From an uncultured Methanosarcinales archaeon (lineage in GTDB: Archaea > Nanobdellota > Nanobdellia > Woesearchaeales > UBA525): a stretch of DNA of 64,000 nt. The position numbers were made by a program, and so were the translations under genes. The notes under the pieces were generated by a model that saw only the letters and a list, made by a program, of their open reading frames with translations, was not told where the DNA came from and searched no databases. Location of the stretch: NCBI GenBank assembly GCA_964589765.1, contig CAZPUM010000001.1:29118-93117 (forward strand), in the 5' to 3' direction. Positions 19,120-27,281 of the stretch are shown here, one piece after another (position 1 is the stretch's first letter; each line of letters opens with the position of its first letter).

Positions 19120-19361
19120 TATTCCCCTCTTTTTGGCGTGCCTTCAGAATATTCATCGAGTTGTTTCAGTGCTTTCTCAACACCATCACTCTTATCTTCT
19201 AGTTGAATCTCAGGAGTCAGTTTTGATATCTCTGGAAGATTCTTTTTTGGCAAAACATCTTCAGGGAAGTCCTCTGCCAGAGCATCTATTTCATTCGCCT
19301 CTTGTTCTGATACATCTCGTCCGTCCGCAGTCATGTTGTTGTATTTTTTCATTTGAAACAA
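19119..19361 (-). CDS. Small acidic hypothetical protein.
   Basis: An 80-aa ORF lying between the regulator and sufB. Confidence 0.25.
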   Translation of the reverse strand: MFQMKKYNNMTADGRDVSEQEANEIDALAEDFPEDVLPKKNLPEISKLTPEIQLEDKSDGVEKALKQLDEYSEGTPKRGE

Positions 19362-19708
19362 ACATCACACCCTTTGGGTATGCCTCCTTCCAATTTTTCG
19401 TGAAGTTTACAGATAAAGCGCTGTTTTTTTGCCAGAGCAATTATTTTTTGCGTCTCCTTAATCATCATGTTAGTGTCAGTGATTTTTGGCGCCGCATTTT
19501 CTATAGCTTTTATCAGCTCTTTTGGAAATTTAACAGTTTTCCCCCTTTTTTCTTTGAGGTACTGGCTTACAGCAGACTCTGTAACCCCCAGAAGCTCTGA
19601 AATCTTCTTCTGCGACTTGCCTGAAGACTTCATGGCTATCGCCAGTTCCCTTCTTATCGTCGGGAGGATATAATGGACTTCCACTTCCTGTGGTTGCAAC
19701 AGCTTCAT
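19349..19708 (-). CDS. HTH-type transcriptional regulator with a C-terminal Cys cluster.
   Basis: HTH (ISELLGVTESAVSQYL); C-terminal CKLH...CDVC; first gene of the suf operon. Confidence 0.55.
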   Translation of the reverse strand: MKLLQPQEVEVHYILPTIRRELAIAMKSSGKSQKKISELLGVTESAVSQYLKEKRGKTVKFPKELIKAIENAAPKITDTNMMIKETQKIIALAKKQRFICKLHEKLEGGIPKGCDVCFK

Positions 19709-19748
19709 CTTAACTATGGTTAACTCAGGCTGTTTTTATGTGTTTTGA

Positions 19749-20723
19749 CTAATAAGGCCTTCTTGTTCCATCTTCGTCCACATGGAAGTCCTCTAGAAAG
19801 TCTTCTACCGTTATAGGGTACGGTTTTTCGTAGAAGTTATGGTCGTACCTGCCCAGAATCTTGAAATCGAAATGTGAAATACCCTGTGCCCAATCCCTGA
19901 GTCGTTCTCTCACATTATCGTTATGGTCTGAATCTAGTATCTCAACACCGTTTTTGTTGACCTTGACAAAATAGGCCCATCCTCTAGCGCCCCCATCGTA
20001 GTCTTGAAACAGTTTGTAACAGTTTCCATCCGCTGAGACTCTGTCATTTCTGGACAACATCCTGATAATATCAGGTTCAGGATTCTCATAGTTAATATCT
20101 TGGGGCCTATGATGGTTACAAAGAACAACTGTTTTCCTGTTGATATAGATTCCCGCGCCTTCCAGTAACCAAGAATAAACGTTGGCCTCCTGTTTTAGGA
20201 AGAAAATGTTTGGCCCAGAACCCCCAACTAACATATCAAAGATTGAGCCCATATTTAGTTGGAATCTGAAACTATCTGCGACATGAATTTTACCACCCAA
20301 ACATTTTGCCCAGCACTCTGCGTCCTCACCGACAAAGCATCTGTAAATATCCCCTCTTCTGATAAGAGCCTCTGATACTTCGTCCACTTTTTGTGGTCGC
20401 TTTGATTTGGCCTTTTTGTATTCCTCGACACGCTCAGCGGGACTCTTACTTTGAAGCCTTTCTGTTTTTGAAGTAGTCAGTAACTCTTTATGGACAACCA
20501 TTGTTTCAACAGTCCCTTCCAGGTCCTTGTCGAAGTTTGGCCTGTATGTCCTGGCATCAATAACTCTATTATCTTTCAAAGAAAATTCAGAAAGCTCTAT
20601 TTCTACAGGAAAACCCGATTCTGGCTCTTCTGCGAACACAACATCTCCATCCGCCGTGGCGTCGAGAACTGCTCTTTCGAGCCTCCTGGCTGAATCCATC
20701 TTCACGTATATTTTCCTGCCCAT
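19749..20723 (-). CDS. Hypothetical protein.
   Basis: About 325 aa with an internal start 25-30 nt downstream of a TATA-like catataaata; no recognised family. Confidence 0.4.
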   Translation of the reverse strand: MGRKIYVKMDSARRLERAVLDATADGDVVFAEEPESGFPVEIELSEFSLKDNRVIDARTYRPNFDKDLEGTVETMVVHKELLTTSKTERLQSKSPAERVEEYKKAKSKRPQKVDEVSEALIRRGDIYRCFVGEDAECWAKCLGGKIHVADSFRFQLNMGSIFDMLVGGSGPNIFFLKQEANVYSWLLEGAGIYINRKTVVLCNHHRPQDINYENPEPDIIRMLSRNDRVSADGNCYKLFQDYDGGARGWAYFVKVNKNGVEILDSDHNDNVRERLRDWAQGISHFDFKILGRYDHNFYEKPYPITVEDFLEDFHVDEDGTRRPY

Positions 20724-20810
20724 GCCATAATAGTAAAAAAGCACTCATATAAATATTCTGTAACAAGAAAATTACATAATAGTTAATAAGGGCAATCCCC
20801 GCACAATATT

Positions 20811-21224
20811 ATGGAACTACTAAAACCCCCTGGTAATTATTGGTACTCGCGGGTCAGATATATAACTGAACCACCAAATGGACTTAAGTTATTGATTGCT
20901 AGTAGAAAAATTTTAGGACATAAGAGAAATAACTTTGAAAGCACCGATGTTTTCTTGTCCGTCATGGGCAATCCTGTCAGAGATTATCGACCAAACAATG
21001 GGCGCTTTGAAGAGATATACGGCATTTATGTTTACAAAGGCGACACAATAGTTACAGCAGGAGATCTTCGATTCAGAGAACTTTTGTATGAAGGACACGA
21101 ATTTTTCTCACACAAAAAAGTTCCCTTAGAAGAAAGAATTGATGCGTTTGTTGCAGAGTTAGTTGCAATGGAAGCAATAAAAGAAAAAGATGTCCGTGTT
21201 GGAAAGATAAAGTGGGGGTTATGA
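20811..21224 (+). CDS. Hypothetical protein.
   Basis: A 137-aa ORF with a TATA-like gttaataa about 25 nt upstream. Confidence 0.35.
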   Translation: MELLKPPGNYWYSRVRYITEPPNGLKLLIASRKILGHKRNNFESTDVFLSVMGNPVRDYRPNNGRFEEIYGIYVYKGDTIVTAGDLRFRELLYEGHEFFSHKKVPLEERIDAFVAELVAMEAIKEKDVRVGKIKWGL

Positions 21225-21311
21225 CCTCATCCCTTCTGTGTCTTAATACGGCACTCACCCAGTATCTGCGCATTCGCTTGATACATGAGCGCCTCGGATT
21301 TTATTAGGAAT

Positions 21312-21335
21312 TAGAATAAAAAAAAAGAAAAGTGG
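21312..21335 (-). terminator. Oligo-T archaeal terminator after the five-gene cluster.
   Basis: A(9)GAAAAG on the plus strand equals a T-rich run on the minus strand immediately after the stop of the 21340..22317 gene. Confidence 0.4.
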
Positions 21336-21339
21336 AGAA

Positions 21340-22317
21340 TTAATTCTCCTGAGGAACAGCCTGAATAATGATTGGCTGTTCGATGAACTCTCCGTACCTG
21401 TACTCAAGCTTGATGTCCATTGCGTCCGTATAGACCCTTGTTGCCGGACTACCACCAATTACTGTACATGTTACGGTCTGCGGGCTTCCTGCAAACAGAG
21501 TCACAATACCTGAGCCACCGCCACCAAGTCGTCCACATGATACTGTAGCACTCGGGTCCTGCATACTGACGTCCACATCGACCTTGAACTTATTACTGTT
21601 AGTAAAGCTGGGGTCACAGTTTTCATCAGGTTGCCTGCCGTAGAACTCTCCTGGACCGATGTGGTCTAGAACGAAGTTCACCATGATTCTGTTATCGGCC
21701 ATTGGACTCTGAGATACACCTGTGACATGAACAGGACCGCCTGAATTGTGGAAAGGCCTGTCTCCAACAAGAGTACATATGCTGTTGTCCTGAACGTTCT
21801 CAACAATCTCGTCTTTGAAGCATAGTTGTGTTGTGACATCAGTATGATAGTCGTAACATGCTGTTGCTCTGATTGTTATCAGGTCGTTACCCTGTCTTCT
21901 TCCCTGATAGTTCAGGTTGTCGAAAACAAAGTTTGTCACAAGCCCTCCAATTATTGTGCCATCGAAATTTTTCTGAGCACCACGGACCGGTTCCTGTAAT
22001 GTTTGTTGCATGTCCGCCTCTGTGATTCCGAAGTTTGACGGGTTGATACCCTCCAAACGCATCGTCATGTACGGGTTTTCAGTTCCCGGACCGATGTCGG
22101 CTTCACCGACGTTCTCAACAACTATATTGACGCTGAACGGGTAGTTTCCTCCGTCGTAGACTGCCGGAGGAGGAGCGCCATCCTGTAAGTAAAGCATAAC
22201 TCCAAGGTTTCCTCCAATGAAAGGGTCTACAACAGGGCCTCCCTGACCGCCTCCACCACAACCCGTTAGGATTAGTAGCGAAAGGACTACTGGTATCAAG
22301 AGATTCCTTGTTTTCAT
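21340..22317 (-). CDS. Secreted lipoprotein (lipobox LTGC), paralog family member A.
   Basis: Signal peptide plus Cys lipobox and a G-rich linker. Carries the shared module ...TACYDYHTDVTTQLCFKD...GGPVHVTGV.... Confidence 0.6.
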   Translation of the reverse strand: MKTRNLLIPVVLSLLILTGCGGGGQGGPVVDPFIGGNLGVMLYLQDGAPPPAVYDGGNYPFSVNIVVENVGEADIGPGTENPYMTMRLEGINPSNFGITEADMQQTLQEPVRGAQKNFDGTIIGGLVTNFVFDNLNYQGRRQGNDLITIRATACYDYHTDVTTQLCFKDEIVENVQDNSICTLVGDRPFHNSGGPVHVTGVSQSPMADNRIMVNFVLDHIGPGEFYGRQPDENCDPSFTNSNKFKVDVDVSMQDPSATVSCGRLGGGGSGIVTLFAGSPQTVTCTVIGGSPATRVYTDAMDIKLEYRYGEFIEQPIIIQAVPQEN

Positions 22318-22326
22318 TTTTCCACC

Positions 22327-23646
22327 TTATACTATTCTTTTAATTTGTACTTGTCTCTGTTGTGTCTGACTGTAACCATACCACAACTCTACAACAAGTG
22401 GTGCTTGGTATGCCGACTTAAGGTTGGCAAACTGAAGCGGATATGAACATGTTGTGGTTCCCCTTTCTGTCTTGGGATCCAATCTTATGACTTCAGGACT
22501 ACACTCGATTCCACCACGACCGCCACGGCCTGAAAGACCCAGTGTTCCAACTCTGACGTCACCAAGATAAACAATATTCTTGTGTTCAGGAGTAACTCTT
22601 CCAGGATAGTAGGGACTACACCTTTCAAGGTGACCTGCATCCCAGACCGTTCCGGAACCTACATTCTGAACATTAATTCTGAAAATAATCTTTTGCGGTG
22701 TGTTTTCCTGCTCAATGCTTGTGATTGCTACAGGAGCGCCGTTTCCTCCGTTCCATGTTTTACTCTGAGGATAGCAAACCTTTCTTATGTCAGAGTAAGG
22801 GTCAGGGTCTATACAGACAATCGGGTCTGCGTATGTTGTGTACTGGTAGCACGTTGTCAGCAAGAAACTCTGAACTGTCTGGTCAAGACCAGGAGGCCAG
22901 TTCACAATCTTTCCATTGTAAAGCAGATAATCTGTTTCGCCTCCTGGAAAATTATAGTCGTCCGCCGCCAGGAGGAATTCACGGCCGTTATGAATTCTGT
23001 AGTCAATCCCCGCGAGAAGCGCGATGAAAAGACGGCCGTTCTGATAATATTCAACGTTTCCAAGAATATTGTCTATGTTGAATGAGAACACTGAGCCAGA
23101 GGGGCTATCTGTATAGTCTATACCAATATCGAACTTTGTGGGGTCCCACCAGGATGAACCATGCCTACCAGAGATTGCGTTGATTAAATCAGCCAAACTG
23201 TCTAACCTGACTCTGGCTGTGTCCCCCCCGTAGTTTACCTCTAGGCCGTCACACCTGAATATACCTCCGTAATCTCCAAATCCTATGTTTCCGAATGTGA
23301 ACCCGCATGCACCTATGCCTCCTTCAGTTATACTGATTTCGTCAAAGACAAGTAGACTTGGGTCGAACCCGCTAACAAAAATTCCTCCTCTAGTATACGA
23401 TGCTCCTTTGTTTTGTAGGGCAACTCCGAAAGAGAACTCATTGTTTGAGTTATCCTGGGGACCATAATAGTACAGTCTCTGAGGAAGTCCTTCAAAATAT
23501 GATTCAACTCCTTCCTTACCTTTATAGTAATTTGCGTACTCGTTAATTCTATTATTATCGTTACCGCCTGAACCACACGCCGTCACTAAGAACATAGTTG
23601 AGACTAGCATCAGAAACAACACCAACCTGTTCTTCGTCATCACCAC
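22327..23646 (-). CDS. Secreted lipoprotein (lipobox VTAC), paralog family member B.
   Basis: Signal peptide plus lipobox. Shared module ...TTCYQYTTYADPIVCIDPDPYSD...NGAPVAITSIEQEN. Confidence 0.6.
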   Translation of the reverse strand: MVMTKNRLVLFLMLVSTMFLVTACGSGGNDNNRINEYANYYKGKEGVESYFEGLPQRLYYYGPQDNSNNEFSFGVALQNKGASYTRGGIFVSGFDPSLLVFDEISITEGGIGACGFTFGNIGFGDYGGIFRCDGLEVNYGGDTARVRLDSLADLINAISGRHGSSWWDPTKFDIGIDYTDSPSGSVFSFNIDNILGNVEYYQNGRLFIALLAGIDYRIHNGREFLLAADDYNFPGGETDYLLYNGKIVNWPPGLDQTVQSFLLTTCYQYTTYADPIVCIDPDPYSDIRKVCYPQSKTWNGGNGAPVAITSIEQENTPQKIIFRINVQNVGSGTVWDAGHLERCSPYYPGRVTPEHKNIVYLGDVRVGTLGLSGRGGRGGIECSPEVIRLDPKTERGTTTCSYPLQFANLKSAYQAPLVVELWYGYSQTQQRQVQIKRIV

Positions 23647-23688
23647 GTCGATACACTCCCGTTCTGAATTTTTAAATGTTCCGTCGAT

Positions 23689-25476
23689 TTAGCAAGAGAT
23701 AAAACCAAAGTAATCACCAACAACCAAATCTTGTCTTGAAACAGTTCGTTTTGCGACTGTATTTCCAACATTGCCTCCTACTATCTCCACTTTGTCTCCC
23801 TCTATACTAGTAATAATGTCGCAATGACTTGTAACGCCCGGCGCATAAGGATCAGTGTAACTTATAGGACAGCTGGAGCCTCTACAATTGCATACAATGT
23901 CACCAACTTTAATCTTTGATACCTCTTCAACTCTAAGAGTTCTACAACTACCTTCACCGCCCCTTACTTTTGTAAAGTACTCCCAGTGGTTACAACTTCT
24001 AGGGAAATTAACACCTGATTTACCCATTACATATGATATGTATGCTGCAGACCAAGGAGTTCCTCCACAAGTCCCAGAGCAACCTCCCGCTCTAAAGTAA
24101 TCTGCGACCCTGCCACTCACAGCAGAATCACACTCAGACCTTCCTCCAAAGTAATTATACTCATCAAGAGCTATTTGGCCTATTCGATTTGTTGAAACTG
24201 TTGTTTCCCTTGTTTTATCGCAACAGTAGGTTCCAGGCCTGCAAAGACCGACAATACACTTGCCTGAGCTGGCAAGCGCCAGACACGCATCCCTGCTACA
24301 AGAGCAACTGAACTCTGGATTTATTCTGTCCTGTATCTCTGAAGGCGCTTTATCAGGGTTCTCAGCGTAGTACCTACACTCTGTGTAAACAGTTCCATAA
24401 TCGTCAACAACAGGCTCCTCTCCTTGGTACATGACGCCTGTTTCTTTACCATAAGGTTCTAGGTCATTGGGAGTTATGTCAGGTCTTTCAGTTCCAGGTA
24501 TTCTGTTAACTTCCAGCGTTTTTGTCGTTGCGGTCTTGTACATGTAAGTTAGGTTAACAATCAGAACAGACTGAAAGTTCTGCTTACTGGCATAGATAGG
24601 GTCATTAAGATTATTGCTTGGAACAGTGCACCTAGCTACACCCTCGCCATCAAACATTTTGATTAGTTCACCCGGCTGACACTCAAGTTTGGTGCCCAAT
24701 AACCAAGCGTCCAGCTTAACTGTGTTTATCTGTTCAGAGGGGATTCCCTTAAGGAAACATGCTGTGTCCATAGGAAGTGATGCAGGACCAATAAGTCTGC
24801 CATCCCCAACATCTCTAAAATGAATTGTAAAATGTGGCCTTATTGATTCAGTGCCTAGCAGATTATCAACAACAGGGAAACTCTGAACCTCAATATCGGT
24901 TACTGTTATTGGAGCGCCTTGACCATTCGAGAAAGACACGTCTTGCTGTACACAAGGTTGTTCTCTTTCGTTTGCGTAGTACACATTTGTATCAATACAA
25001 ACATCAGATGTTGCAAGAGTGTTATACTTGTAACAAATACTTGCAGCAAGGTCTGTTTCAGGTTTTTGACGAGTTCCATAAACGGGTTTTACGAAAAATG
25101 AATAGAATGCAGGGACTGAGAATATCTTTTTCTCACCATCAGGCCATCCTAAAGAACGCCCCCTTATCAGTTCGCTCTCAGGATCATGTATGGTGGGCTC
25201 GTACTGCTGGACCTCTACAGGAATGTTAATGTACAACGGGTCTCCTGAGAATGTTATTAGCAAGTCATCATAATGAACGTTTGCCGCACCCATATTGTGA
25301 ACGCCTAATTTTACAGGGAAAGGTGTGTTTTCGTACACGGCATCAGGTGGTGCGTTTGATGCAAACTCAGGCACTAAACCGTTTTGTCCTTCGTAAGGGT
25401 TGTAGTTCTCCATACTTCCCCCCCTACACGAAGTGAGCATAAGAACCATTACTAACATGAGAATCCAGAATCTCAT
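23689..25476 (-). CDS. Secreted lipoprotein (lipobox LTSC), paralog member C, with a Cys-rich linker and a C-terminal NlpC/P60-CHAP-like cysteine peptidase domain.
   Basis: Shared module ...SICYKYNTLATSDVCIDTN...QGAPITVTDIEVQ. C-terminal GGCSG...AAYISYVMGKSGVNFPRS (Cys motif), GDIV, SHCDIITSIEGDKVEIVGGNVGNTV (His motif). Confidence 0.6.
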   Translation of the reverse strand: MRFWILMLVMVLMLTSCRGGSMENYNPYEGQNGLVPEFASNAPPDAVYENTPFPVKLGVHNMGAANVHYDDLLITFSGDPLYINIPVEVQQYEPTIHDPESELIRGRSLGWPDGEKKIFSVPAFYSFFVKPVYGTRQKPETDLAASICYKYNTLATSDVCIDTNVYYANEREQPCVQQDVSFSNGQGAPITVTDIEVQSFPVVDNLLGTESIRPHFTIHFRDVGDGRLIGPASLPMDTACFLKGIPSEQINTVKLDAWLLGTKLECQPGELIKMFDGEGVARCTVPSNNLNDPIYASKQNFQSVLIVNLTYMYKTATTKTLEVNRIPGTERPDITPNDLEPYGKETGVMYQGEEPVVDDYGTVYTECRYYAENPDKAPSEIQDRINPEFSCSCSRDACLALASSGKCIVGLCRPGTYCCDKTRETTVSTNRIGQIALDEYNYFGGRSECDSAVSGRVADYFRAGGCSGTCGGTPWSAAYISYVMGKSGVNFPRSCNHWEYFTKVRGGEGSCRTLRVEEVSKIKVGDIVCNCRGSSCPISYTDPYAPGVTSHCDIITSIEGDKVEIVGGNVGNTVAKRTVSRQDLVVGDYFGFISC

Positions 25477-27272
25477 CTGACCATCACCTGTGTTGCAGCC
25501 TCAATTGTGTAACTGTAATAAGCCACAGCTATAATGCTTCTCTCTGTTTTGTCTGCCTCGCTGATTAATGGGTACAAATCAGCACCTTCACGCACACCAA
25601 GTTTACAAGTTATGCTTGTATAAGTGGTAATTGGACCTGCATTCTTGTTTTCAAAGACATAGTTAGTATAATCTGGTTCGAATGGGTCAGGCTCCTGTCT
25701 ACACTCGTTAGGATTGTTCTCGCACCTATCACATTCGTAAAGTTCGAACGGTTCAGGCACCTTGAGTTCTATTTTGTTAACTTGATTTAGTTGACCGCTC
25801 CCCCACCCAGGGTCTAGAGTTAAACCGATTCTTGTTCCTGCGGGGATTGGGTTTTCCTCGGCCGGATTAATCCTGATTGGCTGAGGAGTGCCTCCCATTC
25901 CTATCTTTAATGGTCCCGCCGTGAAAATGGCGGTTGGATTAGGATCGATATCCAGAACATCTCTTACATCCAGGCCTTGCCTGGCAAGGTTTCTTGCCCT
26001 TTCATCATCTACAAAAGAGAATGTTATGTATGCCCAGGTCTGGAAAGGGAATGTTGCGAAAGATTTGATTCTGTAAGTTCCCGTTTCATCTATAGCACCA
26101 AATTTACACTCATATACCCCTGCAGTACCAAGAACAATATCGAGTATTTCGGGATCGACACTTGCCTCTTCAGTAATGGCTCGCCTATCAATCACACAAG
26201 ACGGAACAACCTTCAAAGAGTCTTCGTCATCTATGAATGTTTTTGCGTAGATTGTTCCGTAAACTGATAAGGGCATGTCTGTCGTGATAGTTCTATCAAT
26301 AGGCCTTAAATCTTCAAACTTAACACCTATGTCTGCCTCAGCATTATCTTCTACCCGCCCAGTATAATAAGCACCAGGGTTCAGGGTTTCATTTATTGTT
26401 CGGCCTATGCCTGAACCTATGTTTGTGAAAGCCTCGACAAAAGTATCAAACATATTTATTGCCGAGCCAGAAACATCCAACCCTCCAACCCCTACGATGG
26501 GCATGGTTGACAATGTCGGGAAGAAAATCAGACCAAAGAATAACACGATGAAGGATATCATCAATAATATTTTGTATATTCTGAATATCTTTGCTGCAGT
26601 TTCACTTGCCTGAGACAGTCTTTGTAACATGTAGATTGGCCAAACAGGAACAATGACTGCCAAGAAAAACAAAGCTCCGTGAATATTCTCGCTCCATGTG
26701 AACGCCTCTGCAACAGCAGGCATACAGTACATTACCGCACCTGCCAAAGAAACAACAAAAATTGACTTCTTACTCGTGTCACCAATTGCAACAATATAGG
26801 TTAGTCCTAAAGCGGACATCACAGCAAAGTATGTTATGAATGAGGCTGTTGAAGCACCAAATCTGAAAACAAAAATTACAAACAAGTGTATAAGTATTGA
26901 AATTATGAAAAAAAGAGTCGGGCCTCCTGTAAGAGCGTCAGCTGTCACGTTACCCCCTACGTTCAGTAGTTTTTTACCACCTGCCTTTCCCACTGCCCCC
27001 GCACCTTTTGCCAGACCTGAAATAGCATCTTTCAGAGTTGAACGCGCCTCGCTTATCCCTTTTTCAGCCTTTAAGTCATCTGAATGAGAATCACCTGATG
27101 GAACAGAAGGAGTGGCAATTGACGAAGAACCTTCTCCAGTTCCTCCGTCCGTTTTTACATCAATATCTAGCTCCACTTTGTTTCCATCTTTACTTACTTC
27201 AGAACCAACAGGACCTTTTAGCTTAGCCTCAACTTCCTCTCTTAGCTTCTCTTCTTCGTCAGCCATGCTCAC
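25473..27272 (-). CDS. Polytopic membrane protein (about 5-6 TM helices) with an acidic/K-rich cytoplasmic N-terminus and an extracytoplasmic C-terminal domain of about 330 aa.
   Basis: Hydrophobic helices span aa about 125-330. The C-terminal domain carries a related Cys-containing motif (YECDRCENNPNECRQEPDPFEPDY...GPITTYTSITC). Overlaps flanking genes by 4 bp. Confidence 0.55.
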   Translation of the reverse strand: MSMADEEEKLREEVEAKLKGPVGSEVSKDGNKVELDIDVKTDGGTGEGSSSIATPSVPSGDSHSDDLKAEKGISEARSTLKDAISGLAKGAGAVGKAGGKKLLNVGGNVTADALTGGPTLFFIISILIHLFVIFVFRFGASTASFITYFAVMSALGLTYIVAIGDTSKKSIFVVSLAGAVMYCMPAVAEAFTWSENIHGALFFLAVIVPVWPIYMLQRLSQASETAAKIFRIYKILLMISFIVLFFGLIFFPTLSTMPIVGVGGLDVSGSAINMFDTFVEAFTNIGSGIGRTINETLNPGAYYTGRVEDNAEADIGVKFEDLRPIDRTITTDMPLSVYGTIYAKTFIDDEDSLKVVPSCVIDRRAITEEASVDPEILDIVLGTAGVYECKFGAIDETGTYRIKSFATFPFQTWAYITFSFVDDERARNLARQGLDVRDVLDIDPNPTAIFTAGPLKIGMGGTPQPIRINPAEENPIPAGTRIGLTLDPGWGSGQLNQVNKIELKVPEPFELYECDRCENNPNECRQEPDPFEPDYTNYVFENKNAGPITTYTSITCKLGVREGADLYPLISEADKTERSIIAVAYYSYTIEAATQVMVR

Positions 27273-27281
27273 CTCAAACCA

